From assembly GCA_038087875.1 (NCBI GenBank), contig CM075978.1, forward strand, positions 139,376,001 to 139,440,000: 64,000 nt of DNA, given 5' to 3'. A program made the translations under genes and the position numbers. Shown piece by piece: positions 26,612-40,594 of the stretch (its first letter is position 1; each line of letters starts with the position of its first letter). The notes beneath the pieces were generated by a model. The model was not told the origin of the DNA. It saw only the letters and a program-made list of their open reading frames with translations, and made no database searches. The DNA comes from Malacoraja senta (taxonomy: Eukaryota).

Positions 26612-27456
26612 CACAAAATGCCTGAGTAACTCAGCGGGTCAGGCAGCATCTCTGGTAGACAATAAAATCAAAGGTAGACAACCATGTTTTATTCCTCGAA
26701 GATAGATGAAAATGCTGGAGAAACTCAGCGGGTGGGGCAGCATCTATGGACAGAAGGAATAGTTGACGTTTCGGGTCGAGACCCTTCTTCAGACTGATGT
26801 CAGGGGAGTCGGCGGGACAAAGATGGAATGTTGTCAGAGACAGTAAGACTGGTGGGAGAACTGGGAAGGGAGAGGGGATGGAGAGAGAGGGAAAGCAAGG
26901 GCTATTTGAAGTTAGAGAAGTCAATGTTCATACCGCTGGGGTGTAAACTACCAAAGTGAAATATGAGGTGCTGGTCCTCCAATTTGCGCTGGGCCTCACT
27001 CTGACAATGGAGGAGGCCCAGGACAGAAAGGTCAGATTGGGAATGGGAGGGGGAGTTGAAGTGCTGAGCAACCGGGAGATCAGGTAGGTTAAGGCGGACT
27101 GAGCAGAGGTGTTCAGCGAAACAATTACCGGGCCTGCGCTTGGTCTCGCCGATGTAGAGAAGTTGACACCTGGAACAGCGGATACAATAGATGAGGTTGG
27201 AAGAGGTGCAAGTGAACCTCTGCCTCACCTGAAAATTCTGTTTGGGTCCTTGGATCGGTTGAGGAGGGAGGTAAAGGGACAGGTGTTGCATCTCCTGCGG
27301 TTGCAGGGGAAGGTACCTGGGGAGGGAGTAGTTTTGGTGGAAAGGGACGAGTTGACCAGGGAGTTGACCGGAAAGCAGAAAGGGGTGTAGATGGGAAGAT
27401 GTGGCCAGCGGGATCCCGTTGGAGGTGGCGAAAATGTTGCCGGATTATATGCTGTG
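26612..27456 (-). mobile_element. Penelope-like element, GIY-YIG endonuclease plus 3' end
   Basis: ORF 26902..27291 (LIYCIRCSRCQLLYIGETKR...VAQHF); perfect 11-bp TSD atttttgtagt (26601-26611, 27457-27467). Confidence 0.9.
26765..26792 (-). ncRNA. Minimal hammerhead ribozyme motif in a Penelope-like terminus
   Basis: Reverse strand reads CTGAAGA-A-GGGT(CTCG)ACCC-GAAA-CGTC: core boxes, stem II and palindromic ACGT in place of stem III. Confidence 0.7.
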
Positions 27457-27978
27457 ATTTTTGTAGTGTTGCTAACTGTTGGTTGTAACTTGCCCAAAGT
27501 AACTGAATAAAGCACCTGCGTTTTATTGTTTCTGAATTGTTAATGTATGATTCTAATGAAATGAAAGTGGATTTGTGTTATATTCTTCAGCTTTGTTTGC
27601 AAGTTGATCTGGTACCTAATTCAGAGGCTGTCCTGTCGAGTATCTCCAGTCTGCTTTCAAGTTTTTATTTTCATTCTTTTAAATGGGTTTGAGAACTTCC
27701 TTCCTTTGTACATTAAAAAAAATCATAATTATAGAGTTCAGAAAATATGGAATGTGATAAAGGTTTGCAACAAAGATTTTGTGTTTGAAATTTGTCTTTG
27801 GCTACTGAACAATGAATCCAAATTTTGGAAGATTGTAGCTGCATACTCTATTGCATGTGTAATGCAAGGGATGATGGATGTATTTTTACCACTTTGCTTT
27901 TCAAAGTTCATTTGAAAAGAGCTTTGAGAAGTGAACATGTTTGGGAAGAAGTGTAATATTAGATTGTGCATTCAGTAA

Positions 27979-28173
<195 letters not shown>

Positions 28174-28804
28174 TGAACTAAATGACCAGGTTTGAAATAG
28201 TGATTTAAAGGAGAAAAGAAAGATAGGAATGGAAGGGGGTGATTTATCCGTTCCTCAGCGCTGGTGCAGTTATAGGGCTGGAAACACACACTTGAGCAAT
28301 GTAAAAACAAGGATGTGTTGTTTGAGAATTGCACAACCCAGTGGTTTATGATAGCGAGTCAACAGATGCACTTGAACAGAACAACAAGTGATTGGATTTG
28401 GGCATCAGGATTTTGCATGACTACCAGATTGTAGATGTTAGAATGTGGAGGGCTGACCTGAAATGAATTGGAAAAGATGGGTTCAGGTACAATAATCACA
28501 TGAATATGAGATTCAGCATCAGACGATCTAAGAATGGACATGAGTCTGGTAATATTTCAGATGTGGAATTATGCAGACTAATGGCAAAGATATGCAGTAG
28601 GATCTGGGAGTCGTGTGGGAAGCAAGAATGCAAACAAGTCCACTGAAACTTTTATCAAACATTTGTCTAGAAGGCAGATGATGTCATCGGTTAAAGCAGT
28701 GTGTCTGGCAGGAACGGTGGGTTTGGTCTTCTGATATGACTGAATGTTCTAACTTTAATAATGCTTTAGATGGTGTAGTGGGGCGGGAGGTTCAATTAAA
28801 GATA

Positions 28805-29091
28805 TTTAGTTTAGAGATACAGCGCGGAAACAGGCCCTTCGGCCCAGCGATCTCCGCACATTAACACTACCTTACACACATTAGGGACAATTTTACATTT
28901 ATAACCAAGCGAATTAACCTACAAACCTATATGTCTTTGGAGTGTGAGGAAACCGAAGATCTCGGAGAAAATCCACGCAGATCACGGGGAGAATGTACAA
29001 ACTCCGTACAGACAGTACCCACAGTCAGGATCGAACCCGGCTCTCTGGTGCTGAAAGACTGCAGCTCTACAGCTGCGCCACCGTGCCGCCC
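28805..29091 (-). mobile_element. HE1/V-SINE-like SINE (young copy)
   Basis: Reverse strand ggcggcacggtggcgcagctgtagag...ggttcgatcc...gggccgaagggcctgtttccgcgctgtatctctaaactaaa. Confidence 0.88.
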
Positions 29092-29489
29092 TGAGTCGCA
29101 GAGTTTAGGAAAAGATGAACTGATTTGGAAGGTAACTACACACTCGGGGACTTTGAAGAAGGAAGAATAGTTAGAGTTGGGGTTGTAGTTTGCAAGAACT
29201 AAAGGATCAGCCATTAGTGTAGTGCAGACTAGCTTCTTTGAGGAAGTGAGAAGCACGAACAGATTGGACAGAAATTTTAAGCCATTAAGAAAAATTTTGA
29301 TGAGCTGTTTTGTGAGAACTGTGTTAATGGAACTGAAGTTGAGTCCTTTGAACAAGATATGTTTGGAAGAAGTGCAACAAGCAAAGTGCAACAAGCAATG
29401 GGCAACATTCTTATACGTTTCCAACTTCTAAAACCACTGGGTTTGCTGAATTGGTTCCAACCAAAGTCACGCATGATATCCTAAGGTAT

Positions 29490-29720
29490 TAAGGTCATAA
29501 GGAATAGTACAATTAGGCCATTCGGCCCATCAAGTCTACTCTGCCATTCAATCATGGCTGATCTATCTCTCCCTCCTAACCCCATTCTCCTGCCTTCTCC
29601 CACTAACCTCTGACCTTTTCTAATCAAGAATCTATCTCTGCCTTAAAAATATTCACTGACTTGGCCTCCACAGCCTTCTGTGGCAAAGAATTACACAGAT
29701 TCACCACCCTCTGACTAAAG
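29490..29720 (-). mobile_element. CR1-like LINE 3' fragment
   Basis: Same family tail as 10512-10735 and 40595-40910 (tagtcagagggtggtgaatctg). Confidence 0.75.
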
Positions 29721-30869
29721 ATTGCCTCTGACCACATCCTTTGTGATGCATTTCCCTCCTCTTCAATGCAAGCCCATCATGATGGGTAGAACCTCCTGCA
29801 ATGTCTTTCCTCACTGTCCCAGCATAATCAAATACTCCCCACTTAATGCCACTTAGTTTCCCAATTTTAATCAGAGAATTTCAACCAATGATTTCATATT
29901 ATATTCTGGATTTATTCCATAAATCCCTCTGCCACTCTCCCTCCTCCTTTAGACATTTAATGCATTAAAAATATGACTGAACTTTTGGGACATCTGCCAT
30001 AATATGTGGCTCAACACCAAATATCATTCATTATGCTCCTGTGAAACTTACTGGTAAGCAAGATGTCAGTCTTGCTAATAGTGCAGGTGTCTCTCTGTAT
30101 GAATGAATGAATGAATATTGTCACATGTGACAGTGACTTGTCATCTTCCTTAGTGATATGCTACATGTTAAAGACATCATGCACAAAAGTGTTGTACATT
30201 TCCATGCATGCATGATATCACCCAGTTCTAACTCTTATTCCCTTCACTGAAAAAAATAATAGGGGTTAGATGTTAGCAATCCAAGGTCATTAGGAATTGT
30301 CTTCAGTTTCATATCTAGAATTGTCATTGCTTCACTATGGTATGTTTAGATGAACAGATAATGCAAACGTAACTACCATTCAAACATTACACTTAAAAAT
30401 AGAAAACTTTTTTTAAAAACCAAAATTGCAGTTGTGTGAAGCAGCTTGGCTTTGTGGTGGTACTATCATCTAACAAGTTGTAGCTACATACGCTGATGCC
30501 TCACTTTTTATTGAATATAAGTTGCAGCAAGAGTAGGCCATGTGTCCTTGGAGCCTTCTCCAGCTTTGAGACAACCTGCTAAATTCAGGTATTATTTTCC
30601 TGTGTTATGTTGGATACAATGGATTTTTTGATATTTACAGAAGGTCTGTGAAAGGGGGTGAGTGTAAAGCAGAGGAATGTAGTGTTCCTCTTTCAATAAA
30701 ACTGAAATAAATTGGTCATTTATTGTTGTTTTTGACTTCTGTGTATCATGTGCTTGTAGTTTATCACAAAATACTACAAATAAACTTCAAACATAATTCA
30801 TTGGTTGTGAAGCATTTCAGTTGAAGGACATTCAAAGAATTTCAGCAGAGCTGCATATTTAATATTTAC

Positions 30870-32860
30870 TGAGGGATGTGCAATGTAAGTAGAAATCTGT
30901 TCAGCTGATCCTGCTCCAATATTCAGCATGGGAACAGGGCCCCTGACTCACCAAATAGGATGACCTCATATTTATCCATATTATTAAAAAATCTCCCATA
31001 TATCTACCACTCCATCATTCTGCGAAAATCACTTTGGAACTTTTCTTCTTCCTCCTCAGGACACTCTCCTCCCATCTTTTTCCTGTCCACAGGATGCTAT
31101 ATTTAATTCCTACATCCAAATCAACATGTATTGTGAATAGTTGGAGCACCATCAATGATCATTATGTTACTCTACTGACCACTGCTTGTAATTTTGAAAA
31201 TTACCAATTCATTCTTTTGCTTCCTATCAGCCAGTCAGTTCTCCATTAAATATAAGCACCTTATATTTAATCCCATCTGCTTTTATTTTGCACATTATTT
31301 TCATACATGGGCCTTATCAAAAGAAAACTTTCTGAAAGTCCAAATATTTGACATTCATTGGTTTTCCCTTATTTATTCTGCTTGTCACATCCTCTCAAAA
31401 CTCCAGTAGATTTGTCAAGCATGATTTATCTTCCACAAATCCATGGTGGCAACATATGATCCTGTCATTCTCCAAGTTCTCTGCTATTCCATATTTTATT
31501 ATGAGCTCTACCTTTTTCCTGCTACTTGTGTCAGGCTAAACTGGTATAAAATTCCCTGTTTTCTCTTTACCTGATTTTTTTTTACATCGCGATTATGTTA
31601 GATATCCTTCAATCATTGGAACTGTAGTCTGAATGTTGGAAAATGCCACTGATACATCCTCTTTATAGAGCCACTTCCTTAAGTACTATACAAATCAAAT
31701 TGTTGTGCCTTGGGAATCTATTGGTCTTTAATCCAATTCCCTCGCATCATTTCCCTTTAATACAAATAATTTAGTTTCCCTTGCTGTGTTTCCCAATATT
31801 CCTGGGATGTTATTTGTAACCTTCTTTATAATGATATAATTTAATTAATTTGTGAAGACAGAAGTATGCCATTTCTTTATTCCCTATTACAAGTTCTCCT
31901 ATTTCTGGGTGTGATAGACTCCTAATTTCCTTCATTCATATTTTTCTCCTCCCTTCTCTGTGGAAGTCTTTATATCAGAGTTTTAAGTACTCTGTAAGTT
32001 TTGCTTTCATACTTTATTTTTTTCCTTCCTACCCAATCCTTGTATTGAATTCTAAACGGTCTAAAACCTGCAAATTTTTCTGGAAAATAATATTCTGATT
32101 AAAATAATTATTTAAAAGTTCAGGTCAAATAATTGTATTCAGAGTGTCATATGGCACAGAAACAGATCCTGTTAGCCCACCATGTCCACATTGACCATCA
32201 ATACCCATCTATACTAATTTGATTTACCAGCACTAGATTCATAGTCCACTATGCTTGGGCGCTTGAAGTGCTTATCCACATATTGTGATATTATAATACC
32301 TCCACTACTTTCTCAGACATTGCGTTCCAGATGCAAACTTTTTATTGATGAAAATATTCCTGCACAGATGCCCTCTGAACCTCATACTCCCCACCTTAAA
32401 CCTGTGGCCTCTGATCTTGGTCACCTCTGTCACAGAGCAAAACTAACAGTGTCCACCAAATGTCATAATTTTCTATACCCACCCCCCCCCCCCCCCCCCC
32501 AAGCTTCCTTTGGTCCAAGGAAAAAACATCCAGTATGTCCTACAACTGAAACGTTCAGCCCAGGCAAAAGCTCCTCTACACCTTCTCCAGAACAATCACA
32601 TCATATGGTGTTGTGACCAGAATTGCACATTGTATTCCAGCAATGGCTTAACCAATGTTTTATCAAGTTATATCAAGACTTCCCTGCACTTGTTGTCTAT
32701 GCCCTGGCTAAAAGTGCAAACACCCCCTATGCCTCCTTCACCATTCTACCTATCTGCACCTTGGACTTGTACACCAAGGCTCCTCTGTTTCTCAATACTC
32801 CCTGGGCCTTGCCAATCACTGTGTATGCCCTCCCCTGAGTAGACTCCCCAAAATGCATCA
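30870..32860 (-). mobile_element. Old CR1-like LINE fragments (at least two: ~30870-32060 and ~32140-32860)
   Basis: Degenerate ORF2 motifs, e.g. VLRNRGALVYKS-like segment and gtcaggctaaactggtataaaattccctg. Confidence 0.55.
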
Positions 32861-33406
32861 TTTGCTGATATGTATATAAAATGGCAGTTTTATAAATATC
32901 TACCAGCATTTATTTGCAACTGAAAATCTTTTAGTGCATTTTTAATGACTAGTAGTTCCCATACCTGACAACAATTTACACATGTGACTGAACAATCGAT
33001 TTGTTTTAATTTATTGACATAAATGATAATCACAAATTCAAGTTTGCTCAATTTTTAGGTTTTGGCAAATATTCAGGACTAGAAAAATGAAATTAAATGC
33101 TAATGTTCAACCAAACTTTCTCTTAAAGAGATAAGAACTGAAGTGTACAGTTTTTTTCTGTCATACCATAGAAACAAATGAGATCATTCCTATTCCTTAA
33201 ATTCAACATATTCATTCTACTTTACATCCTTCCCCTTTCATAGTCATTTTTTTCTCTGAATGAGTGAACTTGTGTTAATGTTATCTCAATCAGATGCATC
33301 ACTAACTTTGATATTTAAGATAATGTATTGCTGCAGCTTCAATGAAATGACACTGGCATATGTGTGTTGAAAATGTTTCTGAATTGTTCTGATTTTTATT
33401 TTTCAG

Positions 33407-33463
33407 ATTGTTTCCTCAGTAGAATACTGTCATCAGAAGTGTATTGTACATAGAGATCTTAAG
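33407..33463 (+). CDS. MARK1: MARK1 exon 7 IVSSVEYCHQKCIVHRDLK (catalytic HRD loop)
   Basis: cag|ATTGTT...CTTAAG|gtacct; 57 nt. Confidence 0.96.
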
Positions 33464-33601
33464 GTACCTGAAACCGAAAGGAATTTTCTGATTCTGTTGT
33501 ATTTTTAACAGCTGCTTCGGTTTAAGGTTTTGTTCATTCATGAATTCATTGGTATTGTAAAAACTGACAAAGGTAATCATTTGATGCTTCCATTTTTTTA
33601 G

Positions 33602-33871
<270 letters not shown>

Positions 33872-34899
33872 TAAATTGTATAAAATCTACAATACAGATT
33901 ACCCTTACTTGCTATCAGCCATACTGGCTTTATTGCTCTGAGCTCCCATCCTTCCACTTCTATTCTATTGTAATAGCACTCTATTCCTTCCCCCTTCACA
34001 TGCTTATCCTGATTTCCCCTTAAATCACCTGAACTATTCCGTTATTTCCGTGTTCTTCTCTTTGGGTAACATTTCTTTTGAAAAGGTTATTCGATTACTC
34101 GATGACTGTCTCATATTGCCATCCCATCAGTTCGCTGTAATCCACAAGTGGATCCACCATATCAGCTCTTGTTTAACATGTCGCAACTTGAGTACAACGT
34201 TGGTAAAGTCCCATGTTGCTAGATCTAAAACAGCTTTGTTTTAGCCTTTCGAAGGTACATGAAAATATATCATTATAAGGCCCTCACTTTTCAGTTATTC
34301 CATTATCCCCTCCGCCCCTCTTCCCCGTAACGATTGAGGACGTTTCTCTACTCTGATGTACCTCTTAAGATGAAGGAAAAATGGAAAGTACCACTCTTCA
34401 GTTAATACCAGTGTGATCAGACTGGCCTTGGCACTTCGTACAATCTTATGCGGTTCATTTTTTTTAATGGTGTAGCATCACCTTTTCTTGCAAGTTACTT
34501 TGTATTTTAATTATCTATATTTTTACTTGAGGTAATTTTGCTTACTGGCTTGGCAGCAGTCTTACTACTTCAGTTACTTGCTGAGTAGAATATCATAAAA
34601 TAGAGATTGATTTTGAGTCCAATAATGTTTAAAATGTATTGATTTGGCATTTTTTTGAATTGGCACCAATGCAGAAAGCACTCTCGTAAAATGTCCTTTG
34701 GTGCTTGTGCACAAAATGTATAGGGCTTACATGGCACAAGTTTATTTCACTGACCTTGATGCTGGAGCCCACAACTACAGCTCCACCATGCTCACAGTAA
34801 GTAAATGTGAGTAAGATTAAAAATATAATGGAGTGGTGTTTCATTTCATCAGTTTAATAAAATTAGTAAAATAAAATTAGCTCCCTATTTATCCCCGAC

Positions 34900-35760
34900 T
34901 TCCCATTACATCCACCTAAAAAACAATGGATGCATTGGTACTACTTCCTGCATCATTGTGGAAGTTGACAATTTAATCATCTTTGCTTATTAATTTTCAC
35001 CCCACTATAGAATTTGCTTGAACCATTTCTCTCCCTTCTCTGTCTCCATCTCAGGAGACAAATTATCCACTAACATCTACTATAAACTCACTGTCTCCTG
35101 CAGCCTCCTAAACTGCACTCCTTCACATCCTTCTATTAGATACTATTCCTTTTGCCCAGTTTCTCTATCCCCCCCCAACCCTTCCCTTTTTCCTTTGACC
35201 CACCTCGGGTTCACTTTTTTTTGTTTGTTTTTTTGTCCCGTTTCCAATAGTATCCTCCTGCCCTCCTCATCTCCTACTTTCAACCCCCATCCCATCCTGG
35301 TTCCATCCACCTAGTACATGCAGATTTTATTCACTGACTCCCCCTCCACTATCTTGTTCTGGTTTTATCTGTTCTTCACCTCTCCCTTAATGATTCCCAT
35401 TATCACCTTACTTATCAGATTCTGGCATTGGTAACCTTCATGTTACTGTTTATCACCTCCCATCTGTCTCCACCTTCACTCTTCCCCTACCTGGCTACAT
35501 TCAAAAATGTTTCTCTGCCTTCTCTGTAACCCACTGACATCAGTCTTCCAACTCCCGCCGTGCCCTTCCTTACTGGCTACATCTGCCTGTCATCCAGCAC
35601 CTCAATCCACCAATCATTTTCTGATTCCAATCTCACCCTCTCTCTCTCTCTCTCCACCTTATACAAGTTATCTTCCCTTTCCACTCTCATCCTGATGCAG
35701 GGTTTCAACCTGAAGCATCCACAGTTCTGCTCAGCCTCATGCCCTTCGTTTTTAGTACAA
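34900..35760 (+). mobile_element. Old Penelope-like fragment
   Basis: ISGDKLSTNIYYK matches RT thumb at 3130-3175; degenerate terminal ctgatgcagggtttcaacctgaagc. Confidence 0.6.
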
Positions 35761-36010
35761 TGGCTTGACTTAGTAGTATACTAAAAACACTTTGAAAATG
35801 CTGGAATCCATTAGTAAAGTAGTGACTGGGTATTTACAAAATTATGTTCAACCATTCAACACAATTTTATGCCAAGTAAATCATTTTGAGAAATCTAAGC
35901 CTTTTAATTTTTTAGCTAGTGGTGTAAATAGAAGGAAAATAAATCGACACGGGTTATTCGGTTGAAAGGCATTCTTTGATTCTTGTCTCAGTAAATTCAG
36001 TACTTTTTGA

Positions 36011-36214
<204 letters not shown>

Positions 36215-36372
36215 TAGAATTTGTGAAGCTCACATTTTTGTTAATGGTTAATGTGGTTTTTATGACTAATTTTTCCACTTTTACTCCAAAAATTATTTAT
36301 ATAATTTTTGAAAGTTAATAAAGTTTACCGCTGGCAAACTTACTTAAATGTTGAGATTTTTTTTGGAAACAG

Positions 36373-36472
36373 CAAATTATGAAGGATCGATGGATGAATG
36401 TTGGTTTTGAGGAGGAGGAATTGAAACCATACGGTGAACCAGAACCTGACTATAGTGATTCCAACAGAATAG
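36373..36472 (+). CDS. MARK1: MARK1 exon 10 [33 protein letters not shown]
   Basis: cag|CAAATT...AGAATAG|gtaaat; 100 nt. Confidence 0.96.
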
Positions 36473-36775
36473 GTAAATCTTTTAATATTGCTTGAATGAT
36501 GGGGGTTTAGTCTGCTGATCAATTGAAGTGAATTACAATTGTAAAAATAACTGTCCTTGGTTTATATTCACTCTTTCTATAATAAACACATTGAAAATGA
36601 GAAAAAAGGTCTTACTATTTGTTCATTGTCACATGTTGTAGGATTTCCTCAGGCTAAGAATGAGCACAGAGATTTAATTTGCTGCAGAAATGTGGTTATG
36701 ATGAGAATATTGCTTTGAGTGTATTTAAACAAAATATATATTTTTAGATTGTAATTTTTGTTTTGATATTTACAG

Positions 36776-36888
36776 AAACTATGATTACTATGGGCTACCC
36801 AAGAGATGAAATTACTCAGTCCCTTGTGGGACAGAAGTATGATGAAGTCATGGCCTGTTATCTATTATTAGGCAGGAAACCTCCAGAG
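36776..36888 (+). CDS. MARK1: MARK1 exon 11, UBA domain (E)[37 protein letters not shown]
   Basis: cag|AAACTATG...CCAGAG|gtaagt; 113 nt; MGY UBA motif. Confidence 0.96.
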
Positions 36889-37419
36889 GTAAGTTTCATA
36901 ATAAATTATTACAAAGCCAGAAATAGTTCTGCGTAATGCAGATTATAGGTATATACACATGCATGCATTTTCTCCATTGCTGCCCTTGAACAGTGCAACA
37001 GTGGTTTCCATATTGAAAGGGCTGCTGCATTGTTTCATCTCCTGTGTATCACTATATAAAACTGATCAGCATTTTGACTTTCCACTGGACTCTGGAACCT
37101 ATCTTAAAAAGCAATAATTTTTTCTATCCCTTACTCTATATAAATATTTTTTTAAATGGCATAATTTCCAGCTTCAAAATATTTAGGCTGATAAAATTAA
37201 TTGAGAATTGTATTGTTCTGATTCAGTTCACAAGACAAAACTCTCTTGACTCCAGGAACAAAGGAAAAAGCACTCTTCAGTTTTGTTCTGTCATTCAATA
37301 AAATAATTGGTTGTTACTATCATTCATTCTGGGATTTTAAATTAATATTTGCCCTTGGGCTAATTGCTATTTGTAGGGAAGAGCTCAACATAAATAGCAC
37401 CACCTGCATATGGAAATGT

Positions 37420-37830
37420 CTCCTAACATCAACCTGAAAGTTCTGGTGACACTTGCGTCAGTGATAGAGACGTTGTTGGATAAATTCTGAAGGACAAGAT
37501 TTACGTTCACTTGGAAAGGCAGGGACTAATTCAGAGGAGTCAGCAGGGTTTTATGCAGGGGAGATCAAGCCTCACAATCTAAGTTTTTTGAAGAGATAGC
37601 TTAGAAAGCTGATGAAAGCAGGACATGACTTGCATGTAAGGCTTCAACAAGGTCCTGCACGGTAGGCTGGTCCAATGGGTTCAGGCTCAAAGAAACCAAA
37701 GCGTGTTAGCAAACTCATCCAAAATCCGCGTGGCGATAGGCAGTAGAGGGTAAGAGTGAATATGTTTTTGTTTACAGAAAGCCTGCCACAAGTATATTAC
37801 AGGGATTGGTGTTGACTCTTGTTTTTAATA
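37420..37830 (+). mobile_element. CR1-like LINE RT fragment
   Basis: Degenerate SQQGFMQGRSSLTI...AFDKV-like motifs. Confidence 0.6.
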
Positions 37831-37846
37831 TATATAATATAATATT

Positions 37847-38102
37847 GGGCGGTACAGTGGCACACCTGTAGAGTTGCTGCCATACAGTGCCAGAGACCCG
37901 GGTTTGATCGTGGGCGCTGTCTATCCGGAGTTTATACGTTCTCCCTGTGACCACTAGGGTTTTCTCCCAGTGCTCCGGTTTCCTCCCACACTCCAGATGC
38001 ACAGGTTTGTTGGTTAATTGGCGTCTGTAAATTTTAAATTGTCCCCAGTGGGTAGGATAGTGCTAGTGTACAGAGTGATCGCTGGTTTGCGTGGACTCAA
38101 TG
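37847..38102 (+). mobile_element. HE1/V-SINE-like SINE, 3' tail missing
   Basis: Collinear with 28805-29091. Confidence 0.85.
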
Positions 38103-38868
38103 GAGAATGAAAGTGGCCAGTGAAGGAATGGTGGGGTAGTCCTGCCCACCGAACACTGATGCCCCACAAAACAGTCACTCGATATGCGTTTGGTTTCTCC
38201 AGTGTGTAGGAGACCACATTGGAGTGAATTCTGCATTAGAAGTAGGGCAATAGAGTGAAGAAAACATTTTCGATGTTGCAAGTGTAAGATACAAGGCTGG
38301 AATAGCTGTTTATATGATATTGTTCAATTCAGTGTTGAGTCTGGTTGGTTTAATGCTGACTGGGATGATAAGGAGTTGTTGGGCTTTGTTGAGACAGTGT
38401 AAGAAGCCAATTAGAGGATAGTTGGAGTGGGATGAAGAATCGATCTGACAATTCAATGTAGTGTGAACAGTGGTACTGTTTTCAATATAAATGATCACAT
38501 AACTTTTTTTGAGATAAAGCAGGGGAAATTTTCAAATATTATCAATATTTGTTACACTAAATGTTTTGAGATAGATTGGTAATCTATCTCATTTCTATTT
38601 GTGTATCCTTTATTTTCACTTGTTCTGCAATTATTTGTAATTCATGTGTGCAGTGAGGACACTTGCAGCAATTTTTCATTGATGAAAACTCCACAATCCA
38701 CACTATTCGGGAATTATTGACACATGCATTTAAAATTAACGTCAGATTGCTTGGAATAATGGAAAGTGAAAATTTAATGGAAAATGTTTTATCTTAATAC
38801 AGTGAAAACAAATAAAGATTTAAGGTTTCAAAACTTATTTTTAACAACATTTCTGTTCCAACTTCCAG

Positions 38869-39022
38869 TTTGAAGGCAGCGAATCTGTATCCAGTAGTAA
38901 CCTGTGTCAAAGGTCGCGACCCAATAGCGATCTCAACAACAGCTCCACACAGTCCCCTGCACATTCGAAGGTCCAGCGCAGTACATCAGCGAATCAGAAA
39001 CAACGACGGTTTAGTGATCATG
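38869..39022 (+). CDS. MARK1: MARK1 exon 12 [24 protein letters not shown]...[18 protein letters not shown]
   Basis: cag|TTTGAA...GATCATG|gtgggg; 154 nt; weak donor. Confidence 0.93.
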
Positions 39023-39678
39023 GTGGGGATGACATTCAAACATGTAATGCAACATGACACATTTCAACTTTGAGTGTGCAGTTCTGGAGCAAACCTTCTT
39101 TTAACTTTTAATTTCGTCCAGTTATTTGTTTCAGAGTATTTTGCATTCTTAATCGACTAAGTTCATCATTTCTGTTTGTGTATTCAAATTTGACAGTTAA
39201 AGTTTTTCTTCTTGCAATGCCTTTCCAAAATAATTCCTTCACCATCTATCAATTCCTGCTGGATTGCAGATGTGGAACTTCTAATTTTAATTGAATCACT
39301 ACAGCCTGATAAAACTTAATTACCGGTAATATTTACGTTCTGTGAGGCATTAATTTTTGAACAATAATGTTTCTCTTGCAGGCTTTATTAACCCACGTCA
39401 CTAACAGATAAAAACCCAAATTGGTTCAAACTTTAGTGTTCCATTCGACCACTTGTTCATATCTGATTACACATAATTTAAATTTGTAGACAGTATATTG
39501 TCTCTCCCTGTGTTGCTAGACTTTTACCTGAAGTTTTAACTGAATATTTGTATCACGGAATGTTGTTTAGGAAGGACATTTAATTGTTAAATAATTGAAA
39601 TTAAATAACATCCTTTAAAAAAAAAAAAGTATTTTTATTTATGTAGTTGGGGCGAAAAGTCAAATGGGAATAAATATA

Positions 39679-39878
39679 CAGCTGCTCCCCGATTAACGAT
39701 GCTTCGACTTACGATATTTTGACTTTACGATGGTGCAAATGCTGGGCAACGGCAGGGAGCCGCAGCTCACTTCCGGTCACTTGATCAAATTGTATTAAAT
39801 GCGTTTTCGACTTAGGATATTTTCGATTTACGAAGGGTTCATCGGAACGTTACTCCATCGTAGGTCGAGGAGCAGCTG
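39679..39878. mobile_element. pogo/Tigger-like MITE (200 bp)
   Basis: TA|cagctgctccccgattaacgat ... atcgtaggtcgaggagcagctg|TA; subterminal cgacttacga repeats. Confidence 0.85.
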
Positions 39879-40594
39879 TAAATGAACATTCTTATCATAT
39901 TAGATTGCATTATTTAGTTAAAATTTTGTTTTGCATACAAGATTACCTTGGGTGTTAGAAGTAAATTTTAGGATAATAGATTTTAAAACCATTTCTTTCA
40001 AGCAAAAAATTAGAAATCTGAAAAGCACAACAATCCCATTCAGCGTCTAATAGAGATTCTGGTTAAATAAACCATACAAGAAGAACCTGAATGTTTATTT
40101 TTCCAGAAGCTGGTTGGCTTGCTGTTATGCATTCCCATTTTGATAGTATTTGCAAAGTTCCAGCTTTCATGATTTGTTCTTTATATGTTTTATTTTTAAT
40201 GTGGCTGGAAATCTACTAATTGTTTTGTTCTTTGAAAGGTTTAAGCATTTATAGGTGCTGGAGTTGATCATTATAACATTGATGGAGAAATCTTTATAAC
40301 TCAGTTTCTAAGGGAAATATTTTCTATGACACATTAATTAGATTTTAAAAATTCCCACCATATGTTTAGTCTGTTTTTACAAAAAGCATGTGCTTTCTTT
40401 TTATTACAGACTAATTAAGTCTAATCTTTATCAGCTATCTTATGTCTGTCATACTTCTAAATGTAAATTGCAAGAGGTATTACATCAGTAAATTGGTTAT
40501 TGTGATTTATTCTTATTTTTATTCAAAATTAATATACTTAAATTGGAATAAAGACAAAAGCAATACAGCAATTAAACCCCATCTGTGTGTTTTC

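Noticed and set aside
28990-29091. tRNA gene suggested by A and B boxes
   Set aside because: It is the tRNA-derived head of a SINE that continues into SINE body and tail
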